Shown here in pieces: positions 12,040 to 25,515 of a DNA stretch of 64,000 nt. A program made the position numbers and the translations under genes. The stretch's first letter is position 1. Each line of letters begins with the position of its first letter. Origin of the DNA: Isurus oxyrinchus. Taxonomy: Eukaryota. The notes under the pieces were generated by a model. That model ran no database searches, had not been told where the DNA came from, and saw only the letters and a list, made by a program, of their open reading frames with translations. The stretch lies in assembly GCA_026770705.1 (NCBI GenBank), contig JANJGN010000004.1, positions 43,958,001 to 44,022,000 on the forward strand, given 5' to 3'.

Positions 12040-12400
12040 TTAAAAACTAAGAAGAATTTTGATGGAGTGAATATGAAGGAAATGTTTCCAATAGCAGAAG
12101 ATTCAGTAACCAGAGGTCACAGACCTAAGGTGATTGGCAAAAGAACGAAAGGGGAGATTTGGATAAATCCTTTTACACTGCGAGTTATCGTGATCTGGAA
12201 TGCATTACATGAAGCATTGGTGGAAGCAGATTCAGTAGTAACCTTCAAGAGGGATTTGGATATATACTTGAAGAAACAAAAAATGTTTGCAGGGTTATGA
12301 GAAAGGAGCAGGGAAATAGGCTTCATTGGATAGTTTATTCAAAGAGCTGGCACAGGTTAAATGGGCTGAACAGCCTTTTGCTGTATCAAATAACATGAAC
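12040..12400 (+). mobile_element. CR1 LINE 3' fragment
   Basis: TRGHRPKV...FTLRVIVIWNAL...TFKRDLDIYL is the typical CR1 ORF2 C-terminus, followed by its 3' UTR. Confidence 0.8.
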
Positions 12401-12416
12401 ATGACTATTAAAGTTC

Positions 12417-12422
12417 TTTATT
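12417..12422 (-). promoter_or_regulatory. Candidate polyadenylation signal of MINAR2
   Basis: AATAAA on the minus strand about 24 nt after the stop codon. Other AATAAA hexamers lie further downstream. Confidence 0.35.
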
Positions 12423-12445
12423 AAGCTAACAAATATTTATATAAT

Positions 12446-12631
12446 TTAGTATCCAACAACAACTATTAATATAGTAATTACAGTAATTAAAGTGCAGGCT
12501 ACTAATACTAGCAGCGTCACTATTTTACAGCATTTCGCTCTTTTCAGTTCAGACTCTTTCTTCTTCAGTAAAGAATCATATCCTGGTGTATAAATGTCAT
12601 CCAACCAAAATTTCAGGTCTTTTGGATCCTC
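12446..12631 (-). CDS. MINAR2: MINAR2 coding exon 3 (C-terminal transmembrane anchor)
   Basis: Acceptor ttcatttag|GAG. Reads EDPKDLKFWLDDIYTPGYDSLLKKKE...CCKIVTLLVLVACTLITVITILIVVVGY* (MINAR family DLxFWLxDxYTPGxD motif plus hydrophobic tail). Absent from the ORF track because it is an internal/terminal exon. Confidence 0.92.
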   Translation of the reverse strand, partial: EDPKDLKFWLDDIYTPGYDSLLKKKESELKRAKCCKIVTLLVLVACTLITVITILIVVVGY

Positions 12632-13004
12632 CTAAATGAATATAAATGAAATTTGAATATCGCTGAAAAGAGGGACATGTTGCTGAAGTTTCTTGTCATG
12701 CACATCAGGACAAATGCAAGAATGCAAATTTCAAATGGTCACAACAATTTCTACTACAGGAGAAAAAGGTGCTGATTGGTTGGCTAGTCAACTTGTACCA
12801 AGTCCTGTCCACTAATCACCTCTGTGCTTGTGCATTCTGGCACAAAGAATGGAGAGCACAGGATGAATAGTGAAGGGTGAACCCAGAGACATTTAATGAC
12901 TTGAAGGCCCATTTTATCTGTCTTATATGATTTAACCTCCACTTTTTTAGCACTACCCAATGGCTGCATTCTTGCTTTTGAGGAGAAGGTTGTGTATTTT
13001 CTTC

Positions 13005-13100
13005 TCTGCCAATGCTGCCAGACCTGCTGATTTTTTCCAGGTAATTCTGTTTTTGTTTGGGATTTCCAGCATCCGCAGTTTTTTGTTTTTATCTCTGTGT
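13005..13100 (+). mobile_element. Penelope-like element tail fragment
   Basis: tgctgccagacctgctga...atttccagcatccgcagttt matches the tail at 49035-49120 and another fragment at about 35730-35820. Confidence 0.6.
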
Positions 13101-13134
13101 ATTTAAGTCCCATTCCTAGGCCATAAGAACATGT

Positions 13135-13460
13135 TTGATAGTTCAGTGCAGTACCAAAGGAGTCAGAGGTTCTGTCCTGTGGATGAGAAATAAACTGAGG
13201 CCTATTTTCAGGAGGTCATAAAATAGCCCTGGTGTTCTTCAAGAAAAAGCCAGGATTTAATTTGGTCTACATCTCTCCTTCAATTAACATCACTGAAGCA
13301 TACATCAACTGATCGTTCATTCTACTTGCACTTTGTGGGATTTTCCTCTGGACTTATCAGCTAATGCCTATTTTTAGATAATAACAATGATTGAATTCAT
13401 TGAATTAAAGTGCTTTAGGATATCCTGAGGTCATGATAATGTATGAATGCTAATGTTTCC
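13135..13460 (+). mobile_element. Deu-domain-type SINE remnant (in MINAR2 intron 2)
   Basis: tgcagtac...ggatgagaaataaactgaggcc...aacatcactgaa...tttgtggga...gctttaggatatcctgaggtcatga resembles the DeuSINE body and tail. A related reverse fragment lies at about 15760-15870. Confidence 0.6.
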
Positions 13461-13568
13461 ATTCATTCACAAATTCACTCCTTCATTTATCGAGGCATGC
13501 ATTCAAACATAACATCATGTCATAAAGTATGTAAGTAGCATTTGAAGGGTTCTTTTGCAGACAGCATT

Positions 13569-15310
13569 GTGATGTACTTTCTTCTTGGAGTGCCACAAGA
13601 ACCTGACAGAGCTTCCAGTGACATTGAAGAAAGCAGCAATATGTTAGGCCACAACTAATCCAGTGGATTTAGGGTACACTGGGTGAATCACACAGCATGA
13701 GTGAGCAACAGATGAGATTGTGAAGGAGGAGGAACCTGCTGCTTTGATGGCCAGTTTGTGTCTGTTTAGGTTTGAAATGCAATCAGTTCTACATGTCTCA
13801 TCTAGTCAGGTGACTTCTGCCATGACGTAGCTCTCTGGAGGCTGCCATCTTGAGATCAGTTCAATAAAGACTACAATTAGAAGGCACTGATAAGCACTTT
13901 AAACTCAAAAAATGGTGTCAGGAAGTGGAGATAAACAGTTTTAGAATACTGGAAAAACAGCAGAGAAGACATGGCTCTGAAAGGCACACAGAAAGGCTAA
14001 ACTTTGCTAAAAGCTGCTGAAAATGATAATAAAAGCAAACAAATTGAAAGTCAAAAGTAAAATACTGGCTGCAGAGAAGACTTAGCTCAGAAAGGCACAC
14101 AGTGATGTTAAAATGTGCTAAAAGCTGCTGTAAAAGGACAAGGAAAAGCAAATACATACTGAAGGCTGCAAGCAAGATACTGGGTTTGTGAATATGGCAC
14201 TAAACTGTCAAATCTCAGCTCCTGTTGAACTGAAAAGTGATACATGGAAGAACTGGCAGTTTTCCCACTTGTAATGATAAAACTACGAGCTTACAACAGA
14301 AATAATTAACAAGCCAGAACTGATAAGGATGGCCAATTTCTAACACTGCTGGGGAGGGACTGCAACAAATTGTATACCACCCTGAATCTAACTGATGAAC
14401 AAAGAAAACAGATGTCAGAGATTTTGAAAGTCTTGAACAAATGCTTTGAACGCCAATTGAATGTTAGTAATGAATGCTATGTATTCAACTCTAGAGCTCA
14501 AGATGAAACGAGATCATTGAACAGTATGTGACTGCAGTAACACAGCTTGCAGAATCAGGCAAATTCAGCCAGCTAAATATATGACCTGATTAAAGATAGG
14601 TTAGGCTTAGGCATTTGAGACCCCTCACTGAGAGAAAGTCTATTGAAGGAAGAGAAACTGATGCTCAAAAAAGCAATAGACATGTGTAGAAATATGGAAG
14701 TTGTGAAATGTCACCTAAAGGACTTGTATGGCAGAGCAGACCAGGAGATACATTATGCTGAGAGACATTCCAGGCCGAAAGAGCAGAGTCATTGCAGACA
14801 TAAGGCAGGATGCAAATACTGCAGAGGACATCATACAGAGGAAAATAAGAATTGCCCAGTGTGGGGAAAGCAGTATTTTGACTGCAAGAAGCAGAATCAT
14901 TTTGCAAACAAGAGTTGGGCTAAGAAGAAGCAAAACAAGTCTCTACATTGGCCACTGGAGAAATATCAGCAGAAGAGTCTGATGAAGAACTATAAACAAT
15001 ACAACAGGTTGGCTCCATCAGGTCTATAGGTGATAAATGGCTTGTGACTGTTAGAATGCTGATTGCAGAAGGACAGCAGCAAGTGAACATGAAGTGTCAG
15101 ATTGACATTGGTGCATCATGCAACATCATGCCCTTCACAGGCCTCTATGAAGTAGCTCAACTTGGCGATCCAAAAATGAAGCCCTCAAAAGTAAAGTTGA
15201 GGCTATATGATGGCAGGATACTCATACCAAGAAGACAAATTAGTCTGAGAGCCCAAAGGAATGGCAAGAAGAATGAGCTATAGTTCTAGATCATAGATGG
15301 GATGCAGTCT
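13569..15310 (+). mobile_element. Truncated Gypsy element: LTR, PBS, gag and protease
   Basis: PBS TGGTGTCAGGAAGTGG (tRNA-Leu-like) at 13913. gag remnants with CKYCRGHH/CPVWGK knuckle-like motifs. Protease CQIDIGASCN. The LTR left boundary is approximate. Confidence 0.75.
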
Positions 15311-18147
15311 GTGGATTCTAAGTGCCAGCGATTCTGCTCTCTGGTTTCAACATGCTGAGGAATTAGATGGACAGAGCCATTAGGAAGCTTTTTGCTGCCA
15401 TCATTGCTACCCAGAAAAAGCTGAAGAAATGCCCATTGGAGAGATTTTGCATGGAGGAGGAGGTGGAGCCAGGGGAACTGGGATGACAGGACAGGTGGGG
15501 GGAGCCGGGGGAACCAAGCTGGAGGAAGTAGCCCGGGACCTAGGGGTGAGGGGGAGGAAACAGAGTCAGGGGAGCTGAGGGGAAATGGAGCAAGGAGAGC
15601 CGGGAGAGGCCTGGAAACAGGGATGGAGGGAGTCGCTGGTTCTGGTAGAGTCAGGGTTACCAGGGGTGCCAGTGAGAGGGAGCCAGGGGGAAGTGGAGCC
15701 GGGGGTTCTGGTGATGTTAATTAAGGGAATAATGTTGGCTGAATTAACTCCTTCATTTCTTTTGAACAATACCAAGGGATATTTTACAACCTCCTCAATA
15801 GATAGGCCTCAGTTTAGCTTTCATCCAAAAGAAAGGACGTCTGACTCCTTTGGTACTGCACTGGGTGTAGGTTGATATTTTTGCTGATTTCAGTGGCTGT
15901 GGTCCTGAGCATGTTCTAAGCCCACTAGGACCAGCCCTAAATAAATCATTGTAAATACAGGGTAAGTACAGGGCAATCAGCCCAAGTTTACACACTGAGA
16001 GGTCCTGATAGGGCCATCACCATGGGCTCCCCCCACCCTCCAGAGCTTTTTCAGACACCCCGGAACTTCCAGATTCAAGTTTAAGTGAACACCCTAGAAA
16101 TTTTGGTGCCAGTGTGGCCTGCAATAGCAGCGACCCTCTCAGCATTCACTGCTGTTATGACTGCAAGATTCAGGCCAATTACCCTGGTAGATGCATGAGT
16201 TTTATTATACGTGCATTCTGGCCTCACAAGGCTGCTTTGAGTCTCCTCTGCCCCAGGATACCCACTATTGCACTCCATTATCCCCAAACATAGACTTTCC
16301 AACCTCCCTACATACCCAGCTATGGAATGTTCCCATAGATCCCTGGTGGAGGCATAACTATGCCCCCAATACATTTTGATCTCTGATGACATTCATTCTC
16401 ACTTCGGGTGGACGTCAGTGTTGGGCATCTAAACAATTCCTAGGTGTTAAAATTTCCCAGCCATTGCACTCCAGGACAGGATTATTCAAATCAGGACTAA
16501 TGAACTGACAGTCATAATGTAGATAATAGCTGCTTACAGATCACAAATACAAGAAATGATATTATAAAAATAAGTTTAAAACTGTGTCACAGACAAAACT
16601 TATGTGTTCCTTTTTACTGCCCATGATCAATATGTTTGTGTGTAAGGGGTGTGTGCTTTCTTACCCATAGAGTAAGTGTCCCAATTAAATAATTTCCAGC
16701 AGCAAGCTTTCTGTGAGTTTTAAGTAAAGCAGGTTATTTATTATCACACGCTTACTCTGGATGTTTAAAACGTGACATCGCACTCACTCATCTCACACAC
16801 CATTTCACAGACACAGAGATTAGATACAAATGAATGTAAATCAATACAATTACAACTTATGATTATCTCAGTCTCTAGCATGACAGGGCTATAGTTTCTT
16901 AGTTGAATTGATGCTTTAGTTGAAGTGAAGCTCTTGTAAAGCAAAGGATTCTCAGTAAGCTGTAAGGCTTCTTATAGTCAAACTTCAAGGAGGCTGGTTT
17001 TCAGGTGAACCTGAAGTTGGAACAAGCTAGGGGAGTTCATCTCCCATTTTTAGGGTATTTCTGTTTTTTACCTTGGCTGCTTGGATGACTTGCAGCTGGT
17101 TCAATGGCGTTTTGATTGAACTCTGTCGAACAGCTTTTTGCTGTTATTTTAAAGGCAGACAACAAAATTGCTTCCTCACCATGTGACTTGCACAAGTTCA
17201 AAGTCATTTTTTCTAAAAATGAGTGGTATGTTGATTATACATCCCATGTTGTTGATTGACAATTTGAAATTCACCCAGTCTAGTTTGGATGAAGCACCAA
17301 TGTAACACTATGGAAGGTCGATGGGATCTATTCACATTCATTGAACGTACATGAGTTCTATGTTTCTTTTGTCCATGGTAAAACCCAAAGATGGGCCTGA
17401 ATAAATGCTATAGTTCTTTTGTTTGTGGTCTGTCCTTAAACAAAAGGATGTGTGGATTCTCCAGATGGCTGTGAATGTCCATATTTAATTAGGTATTTGC
17501 TTGAGATTCAGAATTGTCAAGAGCTCAAAATGCCAAAAGGTCACATGATTTACTGGACTATGACAACTGAATAAGATTGTGTGATATCTTGGAGATTGAT
17601 GAAAAAATATAAACCACAATAAAATTAAACTGCTTGAATCATAAGGATGAGGAAATTAAGTCCAAACTTAAATCTTTTACCATTGATAAAAAATTGGAAC
17701 TTTTGCTCCATAGGAATGAATTGTAATTAACAAATGCTTTGTAATTAAGGATGATGATGCAAATTTATATGTAATTTTAAACATGCTTTCATTTAAAGAA
17801 GTGGTGACAGACCAGCTGGGATCTTGAGAATGAGTGAGTGTTGGGGGAAAAAGCAGGCTACAAGCTAGAGAGACAATCATAGTAGCATTCAAAACTGTTA
17901 AGAATGTAAGAAACTTTGGATCACAAAATGGTCACTTGCCCCACTGATAGACAATTTTGTATGACTCCATAAAATGTTATTATAAAATTGATCAATCCTT
18001 TGAAAATTTAGTAATTGCTGAAGTTTGAAGGTAAGACCAAGAGAGGTGGGTTTACAGCTATGTCGTACACTTGTCTTACAAATAGATATACTTTTTGTCT
18101 CTGCTAGAAAGTAAGGTGTAATTTATATGCCTTTGTTGCTTAATATG

Positions 18148-18800
18148 GGGAAAAATGTTTAAGTCGGCATGTGGGTGCATGCCTGACCCAATCAGATGCA
18201 AAATCATGCGGGATAACGTCGGGTGAAAGTCCCAACATCATCCCGCGCTCGCGCGATATTTCGGTTGGTGGGCGCAAGCAAAAGTCGGAAGCACACCCAC
18301 TGACAGTTAAGAGTCCAATCAGTGCAATTAAAGTTGTAATTGTCTCTGATTTTTCATGGTCCATCCAATCTTATGGTTGGCAGATGGGCGAATCAGCCAG
18401 GCGGACTTTGCATTTTTCATGGAACCTCATCCAAGGGCGGTTATTAAATTTAAAAAAATAAAAATGTATGGACAGAATTTTCATCATGTATATGTTGTGA
18501 CTCGTGGACTTTTTTTTCCAGATTTTAAAAGCTTTATTTATTGGTTTTAAAATCTTCAGCTCCCTGAGCTGCTCTCTGCTTTCAGGGAGCTCTCATTCGG
18601 CCCCGGCCCATGCCCCCGCTTATGTCAGCATCTGCTCTCCTCCCACCCCCACATCAGCAGTGCTGAGCATTTCAACGTTTCATTTAATTGGCCAGCCAGT
18701 GTGAAATTACGGTCGTGAGCCAATCATGGGCGGTAGTCCGTTCCCTAGCCACTCCCAGGCCCGCTAATCGCACCCGCACAGCAACCTAAAAATCCTGCCC
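18148..18800 (-). mobile_element. Harbinger-type MITE (copy 1)
   Basis: Imperfect TIRs gggaaaaatgttt / aaaaatcctgccc. 3-bp TSD ATG/ATG. Homologous to 31907-32618 and 37554-38247 in the opposite orientation. Confidence 0.8.
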
Positions 18801-19847
18801 ATGGAAACATATTTAGCACTCCTTGACCTATGTAAATATTAGTCAAAGTTTGCAAATGCCTGATCAGGAAAGAAAAAAGGGATACAGCTATGGCAGAAAA
18901 TGTAATGTTCAATGCATGGAATATATTTTTTAAAATTAACTAACAAGGGAAAGATTATGAGTTAACATGGAAGAAAGCTAAATTGTGCTGTTAAAATCAT
19001 GAATGTAATATTATTAACAGACATATTAATTTTAATTGAGTAAACACGTGATAAAATAACAAATCAAGGAGGTTCATGTGAATGTAATGAAATATTTGTT
19101 AAAAAATATTGCCCAGACAGAATTAAGCTCCATCTTGTCATAAATGGCTAGAGATAGAGTCACCTCTCTACTATCACATTTAGCTTCTTGTTTGCACGCT
19201 GAATGGAAAATTCCAGCTTGCGAGTGGTAACCGTCACTGACCACTCCCCCTTAATGATCCCCGCGGAGCCTGGAGTTAGGACCATGGCAGGAGACCAGCA
19301 TGCTGGCTTGTGGGAAATTGGGAGCCTGTCTGCCTGTGTAACTGTTTGAAAATTTGGCCCATAGAGTCATTATGGCAAGGAAGCCATTTGTCCTTTCAGA
19401 GGCTTCGTTTACACCAGTTGCTCAACTTCAAAACTCATGTCCTCATGTACAAGTCCATCCATGACCCTTCCTTCATGACCTCATCATGTTTGTTCAGTGC
19501 TGTGTTCCTCCATGCATACTCCATTCCTCTGTCTCTGGCCTTTGCACTCTGCTTCTATTGCACTGCCATTGACCACAGAGGCTTCAGACAGTTTGGTTCT
19601 ACACTCTGAAATATCCTCCCTAAAACTCTTTGCTACGTTACCAGCCCTCTCCATTCATTCAGATGGTTTATCTTTGATTGTGCCTTTACTAAATACCTCC
19701 AATGCTCTACTATTGCCCAATGTTGTTCTTTTGCCTCCGTGAACTACATTGTGACATTTGGCAAGCTGTTAATTGCAAATTACGGTATATAAATTGAAGT
19801 TAAAACATGGATGTCTATTAACAACAATACTTTTTGCAACACATCAC

Positions 19848-20096
19848 CTTGCTTAAATGATCAGCTAGATTTGTTTGTACTGACTGTCTGTCATAATCCT
19901 GAATCGTCCAGGATGGATGAGCTTTGTTCTGTTGCCAGCTGTTGTCTGTCCTTATATCTGCATACAAGGGATTTGTCTTGATGGTGGACTTCAAGGTTAG
20001 AGGAGTGATATGTTTGCTGAGGACTTTATCGATGAGAACAGGGCCATCACCATACAATTGCAAGTTGAACGTCTCTGATACTTCTTGGTCCTTAGT
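19848..20096 (-). CDS. MINAR2: MINAR2 coding exon 2
   Basis: Acceptor ttctag|ACT. 249 nt open frame TKDQEVSETF...IKTNPLYADI...HPSWTIQDYDRQSVQTNLADHLSK (MINAR2 motifs NPLYxD, PSWTIxxYD). Donor AAG|gtgatg, phase 0. Confidence 0.9.
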
Positions 20097-20507
20097 CTAG
20101 AAGACATTTAATACACAACAGTGCCATAACAGTGATGTAATTCACAGCACTATCATTGGACTTAATTAGTAATTATATTATAGCTGTTGACTCTACCGTC
20201 AGTCTGATTGAATGAATGTTTTTTTTATTTTAGCAGTAGCTGCAAACGCCCATTTCATTTTGCAAAAATAGTGATTTAACACAAGTTACATCCTAATAGA
20301 TGCAAGGAACAATTACAAAAGTGCACTCAACTAATTAAAATCCAAACTTATTATGGTTACATTTACAGAGGCATTTATATGAATGCTTCATATCTTTTTA
20401 TCTAGGTCAGTGATTTTAAGATATTTCTTTAAAAATATAAAAGCCTTTTTCTACAAGGATGTATTTTCAGTTCTCAGGTCAAAAGCACACTTGTTTGACC
20501 CACTTAC

Positions 20508-20669
20508 CTGTGAATAGACTAAGTTGTGCCACTGTTGACCACTCAGAGCTGCCCCATAGAGACCTGTAAAACCAATTTGGCTCAAACCAGGACTTGTAGC
20601 TAATGTTTTTACATCTAACTGCAGAAATTTGTCAGGATGGTTGTTATTTGGCAAGACAGATAGATCCAT
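20508..20669 (-). CDS. MINAR2: MINAR2 (KIAA1024L-like) coding exon 1
   Basis: Translates MDLSVLPNNNHPDKFLQLDVK...QQWHNLVYSQ, matching the MINAR2 N-terminus as recalled. Strong Kozak context (aacATGG). 162 nt, phase-0 donor CAG|gtaagtg. Confidence 0.93.
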
Positions 20670-21164
20670 GTTTCACTGTTCTGTCCAACTCCAGTCTCAC
20701 ATTGGGACTGACAAGCAATATACTCTCTTCTCAATTATTAATAACTTGCTGAATATTTAGGTAGATAGCTGAAACATTACCTGTCTGCAGAGCTCTTTTT
20801 CGATAGTAAACAAACTAATCTTGGACTGCAGTCACTTATGAATAATGCACACCTTTGTTGTTGGGGCTTTTTCATTAGCACATTGCAGATTATGAGGTAA
20901 TGTGGAAGATATGTTTAAAATTATGATAGGATGGGACAGGCTAGATAAAAGCAGACTGTTCCCAGTAGTTGAGAAGTCCAGAATGAGGAAGCCTAGCTAC
21001 AGGATTAAATGTTATCAGGTTTCACGGAATGTGCAACACGGTGTCCCTCGGGGAACTCCGTTGGAGCAGAGTAGAGTCGGCAGAAGAGAGGACATGCTCC
21101 GTTTTTATGGCACTAGCTGCCATATGTTAACCATGTGGTTAGTGAATGGGTAAGTCATTGAGCG

Positions 21165-21620
21165 AATGGGTAGGTGGGTGAGTGGCCAGGTGCGTCAGTA
21201 GATAGGATAGGTAGGTAAGTGAGTGGTTAGGGAGGGTAAGTGAGTGGGGTGGGTAGGTGGGTAAGTGAGTAAGTAGGGTGGGTAGGTGTGTGAGGCGTGT
21301 GGAGTGGATAGGGTGGGTAGGTGGTTGAGATGGTAAGTGGATGAGGTGGGCACGTGGGTAAATGGGTAATCAGGTCACAGGATTGTTGGTTCGGGAGAGG
21401 TAGCTAGGTCTGATCAGGGGTTAGTCGAGTGGTTGGGGTCAGTCGTGTCAGGGTGTTTGGCGGGGGGTGGGTGGGTAGTCGGTTTGGGTCAGGAGGGTAG
21501 TCCGGTTGGCAAGATCAGGAGGAAGTCGGATGGTCAGAGGGCTATTTGGGTGAACATGGGGGTAGTCGGGGGGGTTGGAGGGTGTGATTGGGGAGTTGGT
21601 TGTGTGGTTATTCAGGTGTT
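21165..21620. repeat. G/T-rich low-complexity tract (ggtgggtag/gtgagt-like units)
   Basis: Direct inspection. Lies inside a probable MITE ending gaaaatttggccc at about 21848. Confidence 0.7.
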
Positions 21621-22359
21621 AGACTAGATTTCAATCTATCTAACATTTCCTGGGTAGCTATTCAGGTAAGGCCCACAGAACTGTCTGAAGTCTCTGACTG
21701 TACCTCACATTCAGTGACATCTGCAGAGGGTCTTGTGGAGCAGAGCAATTCCCATGTGGGTCCATGTGTCTAGATTTCAATAGGTTCCCAATGCACATCT
21801 TCAGTCGTGTGTCCAGTCTCTGACAATCCAGGACTGAAAATTTGGCCCTATGTATCTATTCCCTAATACACTGAGAAGAGAAGAGATTATGACTTAGTAT
21901 AAACAAGTCTTACCCAAATTACCAGCTCACTTAAACAAATATGCAATGACTGCTCCAAAAAAGGCTAAGGAAATTAGACTTATATGTTTTTAACCAATTT
22001 CATTATTAATTCTTTAAAGCAGGAACAGAAATGGGTGCCACTTTGGCTTTCATGTCAGGAGCCGGCATTCACATGATTCATATGAAAATTTAAAGGGCCA
22101 GCAGTGGCCATGTGGCGCATCCTGCCATCAGGTGACGGTCAGCAGGTCCAAGTGAGCTGTGGACAAGCAGGGAAGCTCTGCATCTAGGCCATGGGTTCCA
22201 CATCCACCTACGTTCATTCTGCAGTCTGGTCAATTTGTTTTTGTGACTCTTCATAACCTTCAGCCCCCCTCAAATTTATCCCCACATCTCTTCCCTGCTC
22301 ATTAAAATCTATCATCCTGTGAGCCAAACTATTTACAAATATAATTCAAAATGTCAGAG

Positions 22360-24480
22360 CAAAGACATAGACCATGATTCAGTGAAGCCTCCCTGTGGAT
22401 TCTCCTCAAGTCCATCGGCGAACAGGAGGAGGTGCTCTTCCAAGCAATGGCAATAAGTGGCTCTTCATCCTGACCAAGGCAGCCTGGACGGAGATCTTAC
22501 AGAAGGTGACCAACCATGGGGACCGCTCATGATCATAGGCACAGTGTCAGAAAGAAGTCAATAACCTCCTTGGATACACCTGGGTAAGTGGTACAGTGGC
22601 ATGGATTGTCTCTCATGTGGGAACTAGGTGGTGTATTTGTGAGAGTGTGAAACTTGACCAGGTGGGTAAATGCATGATCAACTTCAGGGCCACATGTCAC
22701 TTGAGGCCAAAGTGAGTGACCGTTTGTCTTGAGTAAGCAATTGGATACAACCTAACACATTGATAGGCCAGTATGTGTGATGGAGATATGTACAGACAAA
22801 GGGGTCAGTTGGTATTTGTCAAGTCACTAAATCTCCACTTTCTCCTGCAGGATAAGTAGACCCATAATCAAAAGGAAAGGGCAAAGATAGGCAGAAGGGT
22901 GTCTGATCTCAAGGTCCTGTTGAGGAAGACGCCTTCCAGACTGCAGGAGAACAGGGGCAGCCAATCTGTTGCTGATGGCAAAGCTGGATTGGCAAGGCAG
23001 CAGAATGGCAATGCATCCAACTGCTGCCACCATAATAGGTGCTCAGGACCACATGAGGAATAGATAGACTCTGTGGGACCTTAACATGTTTCTTGTTGTT
23101 CTCCTTTTGAAGAGGAAAAATGTGCAAGATTATTGGGACAAGGTGGGAGAATGGCACTAAGTGAATTGCTCATTCAAAGAGCCAGTGCAGACACAATGGG
23201 ATGAATGGCCTCCTTCTGTGCTGTAACAATTCTGTGATTCTGTAATCCTTTACAGATGCCTGCAGTCTAGACACCAGGCCTCAGCCACTCCAGGAAACTG
23301 AGGACTCCACCTCTTGGCGCGATGACACCAGTAATCCAAAGGATGCACACTCCACCAGCTCAGCTGCACCCACCTGGGTATGGAGGGGTCGAATTTTGGT
23401 TTGCACAGTGTGGACATGTACAAGATGCTGAGGGGGGGCTGTGACTGCCAAGGTCCCAGACACTCAGAGGACTGTTGAGGATCAGGCCCCCGATGAACCC
23501 CATGCTAACGACAGGCATCTGGTCACAGCCACAAGAAATCTGCTGAAAACGCAGTGAGGGTAGGGGACCATATGGCCGAGATGTCAGGGGTTATGTGCAT
23601 ATTTGCACAAAGTACGGAGGAATCCATTCATGTCATGAGTTCTAGTATGTCTCAGGCTTGTCTCAAACCAGTTGAACATTTATAGAGTGGGATCCCTTGC
23701 CAATGGCTGTTTCCAGGGAACTCTATGGCAAAATGAGTGCAGTCAATTGCCCCTTGCACTCTAGGAAAAAGAACGATGGTTGTGAAGCCTATTGCCCTGA
23801 CTGCCTGGTTGCCATGATCTGTGGTGAACCTGATGAACACATTGGCATGATGGACAAGGGCATTGGCCAGCTCTTTGTTGCACCTGTGTGAGGCAGCCTC
23901 TGAAATGCCACAAATGTCACCCATGGATCCTTCAAAGCAGCTGGTGGTGAGAAAGTTGAGTGCTGCAATCACTTTGAGGAACACAGGCATGTGGTTGTTG
24001 CCAAATCCATTTGGTGGCGGGTCTTGCTGCAGGATCCGACAGATTTTGGTGGCTGCTTCCCACAACATCTTCAGGCATCTCTGGCATTGCCTCCCTGAGA
24101 TCTGGAGGTTTGTCCATGTCCTGAAGATATGCCAGTGACTTGCTAGCCCTATATCTTCCCTGGATAGCTGCCTTCTGACCACCCTCCCCTTAGGTGCTGC
24201 CTGCTGCAGGCCTTTTGGCCTCAGTTGTTGACCATTGAGAGACCCCCTTTGTCATATCCTCTCCTCCTGCTCTCAGGGTTGCAGGTGGACTGTGTGTATG
24301 GGACCCATAGGCAATCAACCAAGTGAACTGTGTGAAAAGGGCAAACAGTGTTATGTGGATCTGCCTGTCCAGGGGTATCAGCCATACAGCTTCTGAGCAG
24401 TTTTCCACTCCTCCCATTGTTCACACCCAAAACTCCAACAACCACCCACACTGGCCTCCTCCCAATTGGATCTGCACTCC
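22360..24480. mobile_element. Decayed Harbinger element: Myb/SANT-like gene remnants (+) and HARBI1-like transposase (-)
   Basis: Plus strand: FSEASL..., AAWTEI...CQKEVNNL|gtaagt, and exon cag|DK*THNQKERAKIG. Minus ORF 23652-24182: ALNFLTTSCF...GDICGISEAASHR...FPRVQGAIDCTH. Confidence 0.85.
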
Positions 24481-24511
24481 TGGCAGCTACAAGTAAGTTT
24501 TTGGACATGTC

Positions 24512-25515
24512 TTTTTTTTTATTCATTCGTGGGATGTGGGCTTCGCTGGCGGAGCCAGCATTTATTGCCCATTCCCAGTTGCCCTTCAGAAGGTGGTGGT
24601 GAGTTGCCTTCTTGAACCGCTGTAGTCTATGTGGTGTAGGTACAGTCACAGTGCTGTTAGGAAGGGAGTTCCAGGATTTTGAACCAATGACAGTGAAGAA
24701 GTAGCAATATATTTCCAAGTCAGGATGGTGAGTGGCTTGGAGGGGAACTTCCAGGTGGTCGTGTTCCCATGTACGTACTGCCCTTGACTTTCTTGATGAT
24801 AGTTGTCATGGGTTTTGAAGGTGCTGACTAAGGAGCCTTGGTGAGTTTCTGCAGTGCATCTTGTAGATGGTACACACTGCTCCCACTGTAGACAGAGTGA
24901 ATGTTTGGGGATGCGGTGCCAATCAAGCAGGCTGTTTTGTCCTGGATGGTGTCAAGCTTCTTGAGTGTTGTTGGAGCTGCACTCATCCAGGCAAGTGGGG
25001 AATATTCCATCACACTCCTGACCAGTGCCTTGTAGATGGTGGACAGGCTTTGGGGAGCAGAAGGTGAGTTACTTGCCACAGGATTTCCAGCCTCTGGCCT
25101 GCTCTTGTAGCTACAGTATTTATATAGCTAGTGCAGTTCAGCTTCTGGACAATGGTAACCCCCAGGATGTTGATAGTGGGGGATTCAGTGATGATAATGC
25201 CATTGAATGTCAAGGAGCAATTATTAGATTCTCTCTTGCTGGAGATGGTCATTGCCTGGCACTTGTGCGGCATGAATATTACTTGCTATTTGTCAGCCCA
25301 AGCCTGGATATTATCCAGGTTTTGCTGCTTTTGGACATGGACTGCTTCAGTATCTGAGGAGTCGCTAATGGTGCTGAACATTGTGCAATCATCAGCGAAC
25401 ATTCCCACTTCTGACTTTATGAAGGAAGGAAGGTCATTGATGAATGAAGCTGAATGAAGCTTGTTGGACCTAGGACACAAGCCTGAGGAACTCCTGCAGT
25501 GATTTCCAGGAACTG
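24512..25515 (-). mobile_element. 5'-truncated CR1-group LINE (same family as 2051-4764)
   Basis: FINDLPS...MFADDCT, YKALVRSVMEYSPLAW, and the tail cccacatcccacgaatgaataaaaa. Confidence 0.9.

Noticed and set aside
12680-12713. Second hammerhead-like motif on the minus strand (CTGATGT...GAAAC) near the MINAR2 exon 3 acceptor
   Set aside because: The core reads CUGAUGU and stem II does not pair. At most a decayed Penelope relic.
16640-17600. Possible additional solo LTR in MINAR2 intron 2
   Set aside because: TG start and a reverse AATAAA are present, but no matching end or TSD could be found.
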